Shown one piece after another: positions 1 to 10,200 of a stretch of DNA of 64,000 bases. The position numbers were made by a program, and so were the translations under genes. The notes beneath the pieces were generated by a model. That model ran no database searches and had not been told where the DNA came from. It saw only the letters and a program-made list of their open reading frames with translations. The stretch covers positions 4,101 through 68,100 of the forward strand of contig JACQBD010000095.1 in the NCBI GenBank assembly GCA_016194665.1, read 5' to 3'. Every line of letters begins with the position of its first letter. The stretch's first letter is position 1. This DNA comes from Gammaproteobacteria bacterium (GTDB lineage: Bacteria; Pseudomonadota; Gammaproteobacteria; Acidiferrobacterales; Sulfurifustaceae).

Positions 1-44
1 AAAAAAACCAATAACCGCTATCAGCCGTTTACAAACTTTTATTA

Positions 45-881
45 TTAAAAAATTAATCCCAGCCGCAAACCAACGATACGGGTGGCATTATCCGGCTCGT
101 AGCCATAGCCGATGGGAACTCCATAATAATAAAGGGTGGCATTATCAGAGCGCGGGACGATCCATGCTTGATAATAAGGCTCAACGAAAAACTGAGTAAA
201 TGTAGGATTATTTTCCAAACCATGAGTGAAACGTAAACCGACAGCGTAACCGCGGCCGTGACGTTGCTTGTTCTCTAACGTGTTAAAGCCAGGATCGGCA
301 TTCTCGAGATGCGTCACGACTTCGCCGCGAAGCAGCGCCATGTATTTTGTATCGATTTCCAGATGCCAGTGGCCGCCCAGTTCACCCCTTACGCGCGCAC
401 CGACGGGTGCGTACATATAGGTAATCTCGCGACGATAACCGGATACTTGTGCGCCGGTCACCGCTATCGCATCGGAGATGATATCGGTCCAATATCGTTC
501 GCCAATGCCGGCATACAGAGTTCCGTTATTCTTCGCGCCGACGTGTAATCCAACAGCCAGTTCGCCCATGAAAATATGATCGGTTGAACTGCTCTTAAGA
601 GGAATACCGGATTGCGTCGCGCCATCGTAGGTAAGCCCGCCGTACAACACCGTGAAATTACCTAATACCGTCAAGGTCCGCGCGGGCGCGATGTCCCAAT
701 CGAAAAAGATTCCAGCCAGCGAACCGGTTTCGGACATGCCCGGTTCATGGTATTTCACTGAGGCGGCATAATCGAGACCGAAGTGCCACTTAGTAGCAGT
801 AGCCAGATCATTCGCCATGACATTCGACGCCAAAGTTAATGCCGAAATGAAAATAAGATACCGAAGTTTCATGCCTTTCAT
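45..881 (-). CDS. Outer-membrane beta-barrel protein (paralog of 43286..44134)
   Basis: Signal peptide (..ASNVMA), alternating aromatic/hydrophobic beta-strands, C-terminal Phe (IVGLRLGLIF, BamA-type signal). Confidence 0.75.
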   Translation of the reverse strand: MKGMKLRYLIFISALTLASNVMANDLATATKWHFGLDYAASVKYHEPGMSETGSLAGIFFDWDIAPARTLTVLGNFTVLYGGLTYDGATQSGIPLKSSSTDHIFMGELAVGLHVGAKNNGTLYAGIGERYWTDIISDAIAVTGAQVSGYRREITYMYAPVGARVRGELGGHWHLEIDTKYMALLRGEVVTHLENADPGFNTLENKQRHGRGYAVGLRFTHGLENNPTFTQFFVEPYYQAWIVPRSDNATLYYYGVPIGYGYEPDNATRIVGLRLGLIF

Positions 882-1033
882 TATTCAATCCTTTTTTTAG
901 ATAACAGGATTCAAGTTTGGAAACGTCAACGCATGATTTGTAGTGTAGTACAAATAAAATGGAAGCAGACGGACGGGATTAACTTTCTGATCTGGGGATT
1001 GAGGCTTGCTATGCTCATCTCAATGGTTGTTTA

Positions 1034-1419
1034 TTAGTCTTTTTGTTTATTCCAGTCATCCGGCAATAAACCTGTAGTTTGGAATTGGCGGAGCTTTTCT
1101 AAATCTGTTTTCTCTACAGCCATAAAGTCAAGGTCGAACCCCGTTTCTCCTTCACTCGGTGGTTTGAACACCTGGGCAGTGTCCTTATCAAATAACACCC
1201 AAACATTTTTCTGTTCTTTGTCGAAGAAAGCAGCCTCCGACAAGCTGCCATGTTACATGGCATTCGTAGTATTCAGTATTCACCTTCGGGCGAGTCAGCA
1301 AGACGCGTCATCCATTCAGCGAGAGACCGGAACGCATCTCGATTGCCATATAGCTTCACGCCTTCCCTAGTCACGGTGATGCAAATCTGAGTAGCATCAC
1401 GTCTATTTGGATAATTCAT
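1034..1419 (-). pseudogene. Frameshifted orphan immunity-like gene
   Basis: RBS AAGGTGGT then ATG at 1419 (MNYPNRRDATQICITVTREGVKLYGNRDAFRSLAEW..). Interrupted by a 7-bp tandem duplication GTATTCA x2 at 1269-1282; a second frameshift is needed to join the 1034..1243 ORF. Confidence 0.55.
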
Positions 1420-1440
1420 TTCGACCACCTTATTCTGCTC

Positions 1441-1641
1441 TCACGGTATCGCTAAGTTAGGCGGGATGGTTGGCCACAATGGTGGCGCTAGTGAAGGCAG
1501 CATACGAATACATCTGTAGATGATGTATGCAGCTCCGCCCACTGCAACCATAGTTGCAGCTTTCATTTTTACAATCGTCGCCACATGCTTATGGCTGGGG
1601 CTGCAGCGTTCGCGGGCAGCTCTCCATTCTTCTAGACACTC
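1441..1641 (-). pseudogene. Decayed orphan Rhs C-terminal toxin fragment
   Basis: Manual translation: ACGDDCK, then a 1-bp shift in an A run, then MKAATMVAVGGAAYIIYRCIRMLPSLAPPLWPTIPPNLAIP*. CGxDCK plus a hydrophobic tail mirrors the end of the intact Rhs tip. Confidence 0.5.
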
Positions 1642-1703
1642 TCATTTTTACAAAGCGCCGACGAATAAAGTAAAGCGCCAACTCCACAGATAACTCGAGT
1701 ATT

Positions 1704-2024
1704 TCACTCCGATCTCTTTTGTTCTTTAGTTAAGGCATCTATCAAGCCCTTCAGCGTTAAAACATCGCACAGTCCATCTTGGGGGAAATCATATATCTCG
1801 AACCTTGCGTCTTTGTTGTGAGCCACTTTTCTGTAGTCGCCAAATTCCCCATAAGATTTTGCATCCTGAAAAAACCATAATTCATTTTCATCTTCTTCGC
1901 TTTCGATATTTTTACCTAGAAATACCAACGAGAGGATCATCGGAAATTTGAAGTCTTTATCTGCAAAGGTAAGCATGAAATAAGACTTACCTATTACAAA
2001 ATCATGACGGTCGTTTTCATTCAT
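1704..2024 (-). CDS. Putative immunity protein for the Rhs C-terminal toxin
   Basis: Small acidic AT-rich ORF, ATGA overlap with the Rhs stop codon, classic toxin-immunity position. Confidence 0.65.
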   Translation of the reverse strand: MNENDRHDFVIGKSYFMLTFADKDFKFPMILSLVFLGKNIESEEDENELWFFQDAKSYGEFGDYRKVAHNKDARFEIYDFPQDGLCDVLTLKGLIDALTKEQKRSE

Positions 2025-5000
2025 TGCGCGGCGAGCCCAGCCAAACCTCCTAGCGCACTTCCCGCAGGACCTGCCAAACAGAATCCGCCAACTATAAGTC
2101 CAGCGATGGCGAGATTTCTCTTGCAGTCACTGCCGCAAATTGTTTTCGGATCATCATCACCACATTCACAATTTACTGTCCTATCAAAGTGCAGTCTTTC
2201 CAAGATGTTGCCGTTATTGTCAATAATACGTCGCACTTTCTTTGTTATCTGAACCTGGCATCCGAGCACACCTTTATTGCCGCATTTCTTTTTACACTCA
2301 CTCCATTCGGTTGGTCCGCAGTTCTTATATGTGGTGTTTGGATTATTCTTCGCCAAGCCCTTTGGATCAATCCAACCTAATGGATTGCTATCAACATATA
2401 CATAAGTATTGAGTCCTGCGTCGAGCCCAATCGGATCACTCGTAATATATCTTCCAAGTTTCGGATCATAATATCGATTCCAGTTATAATGCAGACCGGT
2501 TTCAGCGTCATAGTACTGTCCGGAAAACCGCACATTAATAACCGTCCTCCTCCCATCCCCCTCCACATCCTCATTCGGTGATGTATCCCCAAACGCACTC
2601 CCGTCATTCCGCCACACCATCTTGCCACTGTTATCGGTGGCAATACGCGGCGTTCCCAAGTGATCGGTATAGAGGTAACTCACGATCGGCGGAGTGGCTT
2701 GGCCTTTCGGTCCGGAAGGACCGGGGGCCTTGAAGAAGAGTTGTTTAAAGAGGCTTAGATCGAGAGAGTTAACAATGCCATCGCCATTTAAGTCGGCGTC
2801 GGCGTTGTTGGTGAAGAACACTTGTTTAAAGCGGCTCAGGTCTAAGGAGTTAACGAGACCGTCGTTATTGAGATCGGCGTCACAGATATTTCCGTAGCCG
2901 TCATTGTCGGTGTCGCGCTGATTGGCATTCGCCGCATAAATACAGTTGTCGAGGGTATCTATGATTCCATCCCCATCTTGATCGGCGTTGATGATGGCAA
3001 TAGGAATGCTATCGGCTACGACATAGGTTTGCAGCAGTTGGCCTTGGGGATTGGTTTCGGCGATGAGGTTGCCGTCGGGGCTGTAGTGGTAATGAAGCGT
3101 GGCGCCGCTTGGCAGTATTTTTTGGGTGCGGTGGTGGGCAGCATCGTATACATAACTGGCTTTTAAGAGGCCGCTTTGGGAGGCGGTGGCCAGATCGCCG
3201 GCGTTATTGTACGTAAAGCTGCGGCCTTGGTGGTCGGTTAAGGTGTTCCCCGCCGGGTCGAGGGTGAGGCTGGTTCCGCCGATGCTACTTAGGCGATTGC
3301 TGGCGGCTTGATAAATGTAGGCGGTGCCGCTGTCGTTGGTGCGGTTGCCGTTCGGATCGTAATTGTAATTGTGGTTGACGGTGCTGCTTTCTGTTAGCAG
3401 ACGATCGAGGGGGTCGTAGTTGTAGGTGGCGGAAAAGCCGGTGGCAGTCAGAAGCTTGAGGTTGCCGTTCCCGTCGTAGTTGGCGTAGTCGCGGGTGTCG
3501 AGCGTGCCTAAGGTTTGATGTAATAACCGTCCTTGCAGGTCGTAGCTACGGGTTTCATTTAGGCCGTTGCCGAAGAATTGATTGGTCATTAATCCATCTG
3601 CGCGGTATTGGCGATTGCTGAGTAAGGCGGTGGTGAGGCCACTGACGGTGCGGTTGATGCCGGTAATCCGACCTACCGCATCGCGCGTGTAAGTGATCGT
3701 GCTGGTGTCGGGATAGGTGATGCTCTGGATCCTGTTGGCAGCATCGTACGTGTATTGGAAGCTGGTGATGAGGCTACCAACCGTGCGGCTTTGATTCAGG
3801 ATATTGCCAAAGGCGTCGTAAGCATAAGTCGTGAGGCCGCTGGCGTCGGTTTGTTGGCATAGACGGCCGAGACCTAGAGGACAGCTGTCGTAATTATAAG
3901 TGACGTCTTCGGCAGCGCCGGGATAATCGACGGTCACTAAACGATTTAAGGGGTCATACGTGTAGCGCGTGATGATGCCGCGGCCATCGGTCTTTTGAGT
4001 GAGGTTGCCGGCGTTGTCGTATTGGTAATTGATCAGGCCGCGGTCGAAGGAAGACTCGCTTAATAAATTTCCCAGATCATCGTAAACGTATTGGGTGTTG
4101 GCGTCGTTAGGGCTGACTACATTTTTAGTGCGGTCGTTGACGTCATAGGTATAGCCGGTGACACCGCTTAAGCGATCGATGGTTTGCACCAGGCGGTTTA
4201 ACGCATCCGGGGTGTGTTGGCTGGCCGGATTGTTATTGGGGTCGGTGTCGCGAATTAAATTGCCGACAGCGTCGTGGATTTGTTGGGTTAAGGAGCCGGC
4301 GGCGTTGATGGAACTGACGTGATTGCGCAAATCGTAGGCGACATCGATTTGGCGCACCAAGGTATTACTGGGGTCGTAGGTGTAGTCTTGGGTGCGGTTG
4401 CCTTTGAGGTCGTAGTTGTAACGAACTTGGTTGCCGAGGTTGTCGGTGACGGTGCGGAGCTGGTGGGCGGCGTCGTAACCATATGTGAGGCTGCGGCCGT
4501 CGGGGAACAGCGCTTGGGTCAGTTGACCGGCGAAGTCGTAGCGGTATTCGGTAGTGCGAGCGCTGCCGATGGGTGGCGTCTGGGTTAAGAAGCGCAGGCG
4601 GCCACGAGGGTCATAGGTATAATTCGTGCGCAGGCCGTTGGGGTCGGTCATTTGTAATAAGCGGCCGTTGGGGTCGTAACTGTCATACGTCGTGATCTGG
4701 CCTACGGCGTTGGTGACGGATTGTAACTGTCCACAAGATCCCCCGGTGGTGCAGGTGTAGTAGGACAGATTGGTGATGTCGAGGGCGTCGGTGCGGGGGC
4801 CGTTAATCGAGGTCACTTGGCCGGCGGCGTTGTAGCCCAAACTCACCGTGCGCGACGCTGGCGTGCCAGTGGGGGTGAAGCCGTTTTGGGTGATGATCGT
4901 CGGTAAGTTCGGGTGACTGGTATCGGTGTATTGGATGAGCGTGGTTTTGGTTTGTCCGGTGTAGACGCTGGGGCTGCTGATCAGCGTGGGCAAGTCGAGC

Positions 5001-6514
5001 GTCGATGAAACATATTGATAAGAAGTCGTGCGAGTAACGCCGGGGATAACGATGGGGGCGTTGCAATCGCCGCCCTGCCCTTCGGTCATGCTCAGCTTCT
5101 GGTTGGTGCTGTTGTAGGTGTAGGTGGTGACGTGGTTTTCTTCGTCTTTCTTGCAGGTTAGGTTGTTGTTGGGGTCGAAGGTTTGGGTGAGGGATTTACC
5201 ATCGGCCGGCATGCTGCGGCTGACGAGATTAAGCACACCGAGCTGATCGCTATAGTTATACGTCGTAACATTATTGGCAGGATCGGTGATGTCAGTTCTC
5301 GTTGGCGAAATATACGCCAACGTGTGTCGCTCTTGACCGCCGGCATGCTCGCTTGAAGTTGCCGAGCCTAAAGTGTTAAATCCAAAAGTTGCGAAGCGCT
5401 GATTATTTTCATCCACGATACCGGTTAGCGCATCGGGCACGCTCGGATTTTCATAAAGATAAACCCGCGCGCGCGTATCCGGATAAGTCACTCCGCTAAG
5501 ATTGTTGTTGGCATCGTAGTTGTATGTATATACGCCGGTAGCAGGATCCGTCATCGTTGAAATACGATTCGACGCATCGTAACCGAAGCTCAGACGCTGA
5601 CCGAAAGAATTGGTCACCGTAGCGAGTCGACCGCTGGTGTCGTAAGCCAGCTGTGTAACACGTCCGGCGTTATCGGTGATCGCAGTGAGACGTCCTGCGA
5701 CATCGTAATCTTCGCTCGTTCCATCGGTTAAACTGTAACGCCAACCGGCGGGATTACCGCCGCTCGTCAATTGCACAAGCTTGTCGTGTACGTCGGCATC
5801 GGCGATCCACGCAGTTCCCGACGAAGCAAAAGTGAGCGCGCGTCCGTCCTCGCGAAACACGGTCGCGCGACTGTAAGATTCGGAATAAAGAACGGTGCGC
5901 TGATAATTCGAGCGCCAGTGTGCGCCAAGTGGTCCACTCTCACGCATGAGACCGTTGTAATGACGCCGAAAAACAAGCGCCGCAGGACCAGTCGCTTCGT
6001 AATCGGTTTCTACTTGATATTTGTTGCCGGTGGCGCCATCGCAAGGATTGGTGCCATTCGCGGGACATGTCGGACCACCCATTTTGGGTCGGCAACGACC
6101 GGTAGCGGGATCAAGCGTGCCACGCTGGCAATAATCGGGGAGCCCAAAACGATAATGCAACATATCGTAAATCGCCCATGGCACCCAGGTAAGAGAAAAA
6201 CGGTACTCGATCATAAATTGACAACGCGATTCTTCGCCGGGTAGATATTCATCCACCGCCAGCGCCGAATAACGCCAAGTGCGCGAAGGCTCGAGCTTAC
6301 GGCGTTCCGCAACGCGCGCCTCAGCCTCGCCCCACGTGCAAACGTCGGCAGACGTTTCCCAATGCTTTAACGCAAAAGTATCATCCCAATATTGCGCCGC
6401 GTGTAGCGGCGTCGCCTCTAATGTTATGAATAAAAGAAGCGCAAACACCGCCAAAACTTTCAGGATACGGCTACTAGAAGTTTGGTTTAATTGAGAGCAA
6501 TTGGTTTTCAGCAT
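2021..6514 (-). CDS. Secreted Rhs/YD-repeat polymorphic toxin with internal TSP3+dockerin module
   Basis: Signal peptide, DUF6531-like NPCDGATGNKYQVETDY, many YD repeats, core end YLYTDHLGTP..GQYYDAETGLHYNWNRYYDP..DPIGL..NPLGWIDPKGL followed by a 110-aa tip. Confidence 0.92.
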   Translation of the reverse strand: MLKTNCSQLNQTSSSRILKVLAVFALLLFITLEATPLHAAQYWDDTFALKHWETSADVCTWGEAEARVAERRKLEPSRTWRYSALAVDEYLPGEESRCQFMIEYRFSLTWVPWAIYDMLHYRFGLPDYCQRGTLDPATGRCRPKMGGPTCPANGTNPCDGATGNKYQVETDYEATGPAALVFRRHYNGLMRESGPLGAHWRSNYQRTVLYSESYSRATVFREDGRALTFASSGTAWIADADVHDKLVQLTSGGNPAGWRYSLTDGTSEDYDVAGRLTAITDNAGRVTQLAYDTSGRLATVTNSFGQRLSFGYDASNRISTMTDPATGVYTYNYDANNNLSGVTYPDTRARVYLYENPSVPDALTGIVDENNQRFATFGFNTLGSATSSEHAGGQERHTLAYISPTRTDITDPANNVTTYNYSDQLGVLNLVSRSMPADGKSLTQTFDPNNNLTCKKDEENHVTTYTYNSTNQKLSMTEGQGGDCNAPIVIPGVTRTTSYQYVSSTLDLPTLISSPSVYTGQTKTTLIQYTDTSHPNLPTIITQNGFTPTGTPASRTVSLGYNAAGQVTSINGPRTDALDITNLSYYTCTTGGSCGQLQSVTNAVGQITTYDSYDPNGRLLQMTDPNGLRTNYTYDPRGRLRFLTQTPPIGSARTTEYRYDFAGQLTQALFPDGRSLTYGYDAAHQLRTVTDNLGNQVRYNYDLKGNRTQDYTYDPSNTLVRQIDVAYDLRNHVSSINAAGSLTQQIHDAVGNLIRDTDPNNNPASQHTPDALNRLVQTIDRLSGVTGYTYDVNDRTKNVVSPNDANTQYVYDDLGNLLSESSFDRGLINYQYDNAGNLTQKTDGRGIITRYTYDPLNRLVTVDYPGAAEDVTYNYDSCPLGLGRLCQQTDASGLTTYAYDAFGNILNQSRTVGSLITSFQYTYDAANRIQSITYPDTSTITYTRDAVGRITGINRTVSGLTTALLSNRQYRADGLMTNQFFGNGLNETRSYDLQGRLLHQTLGTLDTRDYANYDGNGNLKLLTATGFSATYNYDPLDRLLTESSTVNHNYNYDPNGNRTNDSGTAYIYQAASNRLSSIGGTSLTLDPAGNTLTDHQGRSFTYNNAGDLATASQSGLLKASYVYDAAHHRTQKILPSGATLHYHYSPDGNLIAETNPQGQLLQTYVVADSIPIAIINADQDGDGIIDTLDNCIYAANANQRDTDNDGYGNICDADLNNDGLVNSLDLSRFKQVFFTNNADADLNGDGIVNSLDLSLFKQLFFKAPGPSGPKGQATPPIVSYLYTDHLGTPRIATDNSGKMVWRNDGSAFGDTSPNEDVEGDGRRTVINVRFSGQYYDAETGLHYNWNRYYDPKLGRYITSDPIGLDAGLNTYVYVDSNPLGWIDPKGLAKNNPNTTYKNCGPTEWSECKKKCGNKGVLGCQVQITKKVRRIIDNNGNILERLHFDRTVNCECGDDDPKTICGSDCKRNLAIAGLIVGGFCLAGPAGSALGGLAGLAAQ

Positions 6515-6603
6515 GGGAAGTCCTTAGTTGCAAGTTCCTTAAAATATTAACCAACTCCATTCGGTTATTAACGATGGTAAATTTCACCGAATGTCATTTA
6601 AAT

Positions 6604-7155
6604 TTATTTTTTCTTCTTTACTCCAAACCCCATTAAACCCAAACCGCTTAACATCAGCCAAATGGCGGCGGGAATAGGCACTGTCGTTACTGTTACCGAT
6701 GCTGGCTGATAAGCCACATTCAATGAAGCACCTGCGCTGCTGCTAGAAAACGGATTTAGTGCGGATTGGGATAACAACAAGCTGCTGTTCCCGCTCGCTT
6801 TAGCGGTGAAGTCGACAGTGGCGATTAAAAAATTGCCATTCGCTCCGGCAAAAGTGTTGAATAAAATTCCCGATACAGTTCCAGTGGAATTATTGATCGT
6901 GCCGGGAATAGAAAAAAAATCAAACAAAGCAGTGTTGATGGTCACATTGCTCACGCTTAAAACAGTGGGAGAAAAAACGAGATCGAGGCCTCCCCCTTCA
7001 ATAGTTTCACCTGTCGAAAAATTACCCATGATATTCATGGAAAAAGATTGTCCGAGCGTTACTGTATTGCTCGATGGGCTGAAACTAACTAATGCGGCTT
7101 GGGCACATGCCGTGTTTAAGATAAAAGCTATAATCGTCAAAAATATTTTTTTCAT
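6604..7155 (-). CDS. Cohesin-domain protein with VPLPA/PEP-CTERM sorting signal
   Basis: Signal peptide; cohesin-like beta-sandwich (SFSPSSNTVTLGQSFSMNI..GGGLDLVFSPTVLSV..GTINNSTGTV..GNFLIATVDFTAKASG); C-terminal VPIPAAIWLMLSGLGLMGFGVKKKK; RBS GAGGTG. Confidence 0.8.
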   Translation of the reverse strand: MKKIFLTIIAFILNTACAQAALVSFSPSSNTVTLGQSFSMNIMGNFSTGETIEGGGLDLVFSPTVLSVSNVTINTALFDFFSIPGTINNSTGTVSGILFNTFAGANGNFLIATVDFTAKASGNSSLLLSQSALNPFSSSSAGASLNVAYQPASVTVTTVPIPAAIWLMLSGLGLMGFGVKKKK

Positions 7156-7229
7156 CTTCGTTCACCTCGTAAAAACATATTTATAAAAAGTTAATGTTTA
7201 CAAAATCCTTTTCAGATTTTCTCCTAACT

Positions 7230-10200
7230 CTAGGGCGCCAGTGCTGAAGGCCCCGGAGCTTTAAAAAATAAAGATTTAAACAAACTCAAATCCAGGGAAT
7301 TTACCAATCCATCCCCGTTTAAATCGGCATCGGCATTATTCGTAAAAAATACCGATTTGAAGAGACTGAGGTCCAAAGAATTGACTAGTCCATCGTTATT
7401 CAAATCGGCGTCGCACATATTGCCGTAACCGTCACCGTTGGTGTCCCGCTGATCTGGATTCACGCTTTGTATGCAATTGTCGCAGGCGTCCCCTACTCCA
7501 TCGCCGTCAGTGTCCTGCTGAGTGGGATTGGGTGTCGCCGGACAATTGTCGTCAGCGTCGAGCACGCCGTCTTCATCTTGATCGATGCCCGCGCGCGGGC
7601 CGGAGCCGGAAGGAACTGCGGTGTAGGTTAATTCTTGCGTGGCGAGCAAGCTTACGCTGCGAAGCTGCGTATCGGTAAGCGGCGGCTCTAAGCTTTTATC
7701 GCTTTTGAATGTGCCATCCGCCTGGCGCCACCAACCGCGCGCTTTGCCATTCACGTTGCCTTTGACGATAAGATCGGTTTCGCCGGCAGCGGCGCGTGCG
7801 ATCAGCAAATCGATGCGCGGTCCGACGCTGGCGGCATTGGTGTTCGTCAGGGTAATTTGTTGCCCCACGATCGGCGCCAGGTTGCTGTCGAAGGCCAGCA
7901 TGAACTGCTCGACTTGGCGTCGTTGCGTGTCGCCGCCGGGAAAATTAAATAACGTCGCGCGATGAAAACGCACCAGCTGATCGGTGCTACCGTCGTGCAA
8001 GAATCCAAAACCGCGAATCTGATCGCCTTTCGGACCGTTATCGCCGGCCTGGAAAAAATTCACCGCCGGCATGCCGAACATGCCGACTTTTTGATACAGA
8101 TTGCGCAAATGCGGAATTTTGAATCCTTGCGCTTCGCCTTCGAAGCTCATGAGTCCACTGCTGCCGAACAAACCGGCAGCGGGATTGAGCGCGTGACAAT
8201 TATTGCAAGTCAGAAACCCACCGGTAGAAATGGCCGTTAAGAAAAAATTGCGCCCCGCCGCTTGCGCAGCGGTGAGCGTATTGCTAAGCGGACGATTGGG
8301 ATTGGGAGGATAATTCACCTGTAAAATAAAATCGGTGAAGGCTTGCATCTCGGCCGCGGTCAACGGACCGGTGCGTCCCAACAGGCCTTCGAAGGCGACA
8401 TTGAATTCGCGGAAGGCGCCGGCTTCATCCAGCGGATCGCCGCCCGAATGCCCGGCGGTGCGGTCGCCGCGCCAATGCATCGGACCGTGATTGGCAAGCC
8501 CGCGTAACGATTGCGTCGTCATCGGTCCTTTCAAAGGTTGAAACGGCGCGCCGCCAAGACCGACAGGTCCATCCGGATTGGGATTCGATAAAGCGACATC
8601 TTCAGGATTGCCCAGGTCCCATCCCAAACTATCGAGATCGCCGAACACGTGACAGCTGCCGCATGCGGCTTCGCCGTTGCTCGATGTGTTAAAGGCGTCG
8701 TAGAGAAAACGGCGGCCATTAACGACAGTCAGCGGTTCTGGGTTGTGCAATCCATAATGCGCTAATTCGGTTTTGGTAGCGAGGTTGATAACGGAAACCG
8801 AATTGCTAAAGCGTGTCAGCGCATACAATTTGCCGCGCGCTTCATCGAGCACTAATCCACTCGGACCGCCGCCACTGACCACAATATGATCGGCGGCATT
8901 GGGAACAAAAGTATCGTTTTCGAGTTGCGTGGTATTAAAGACTCCGATTTTGCTGGAGCCGAAAGCGGCTAGATAAAGTGTGGCGCCATCGGCGCTCACC
9001 GCCATGCCCATTGGCAACGCCAAACTTTTGTCTTTCACCCCGACTAGCGCCGGGCGAATATTATAATCGATATGTTTATTGAGATGCCGCGGCAATACAC
9101 TGCCGCCATCGATGACGGTGATGCGCGTCTGATGTTGCCGCCCTTGCACCGTGCTGAAATTGGTAACATTGCGCGAACCTTCGAAGCGCACTTCGTTGCG
9201 CGCTTCGGTATTGGCGACGTAAATTTTTCCGCTAACAGGATTGACCGCCATGTTATAGAGGATGGTGCCCACTTGCGAAAACGAATTGATGACTGCGGGA
9301 GGAGTGCTCAAGGCGTTAATCGCAAACACGTCTCTATCGGGCAAATTGAAACGCACCATGTTGCTCCAAACACGATTCAGTTCATCGACCCAATTGACGC
9401 CGTTAAATTTAACAATCAATCCTGTTTCCGGCTGGCTGCTACCGGCGAAGTTAACGTTCGGCGCCGGCAAACCGCCGGGAGCGATAAGTTCGCCGGCGGT
9501 GGGCGCGCATGGCAGCGCCGTGGCGCCGCCGTTACATACCGCGCCTTCATGAATCGCGGTGGTGCGGTTGCCGGTATGAAAACCAGCGGCATACACCGTC
9601 GCGCCGTCGGCACTGACCGCCAGCGCGCGCGGCGTATCGGTAAATAATGTGAGGATGGTAAGCGGCGTACCGCCGAAGGCCGAACCCAAATTCAACGCAT
9701 CGAACACCCACACATCGGCGCGGCCGATGCCAGCGGTGATCATTTGACCCGGGTTGGTGGGATCGGTGTAGGGACTATTTTGACCGCGATGCGCGGTGGT
9801 GATAAACGCACGGCTACCGCCCGGTCCAGCGAAAACGATATCGCGCGGCTCATCGCCCACTAACAAAGTGCGCACGACCCGCGGCGGTGACAGACTCACA
9901 TCGATAATGCTGATGGAATCGGATAGATGATTGACCACCCATATTTCACCGGGATTACGAACAGCGACAGCTACCGGTTCCAAGCCAACGGGCACGGACG
10001 CAATCCGCGTCAGCCCACCGGATTTAATATCGAAAATTTCCAAGCGGTTATCCGGCGTGTTAACCGCATACAACCGTTCGCCCGTCGGCGACATAGCTAA
10101 AGGACGCACCTGGCCGCTCTCGAAAGTAGTGAAGGCGGCGTTAGCGGGAACGGCAAGTAGATGAGCGAAGAAAGTTAGAGATAAAAAAGACAACGCATAC

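Noticed and set aside
2021-6514. T6SS effector interpretation of the Rhs
   Set aside because: No PAAR domain or VgrG/EagR genes; it has a Sec-type leader instead
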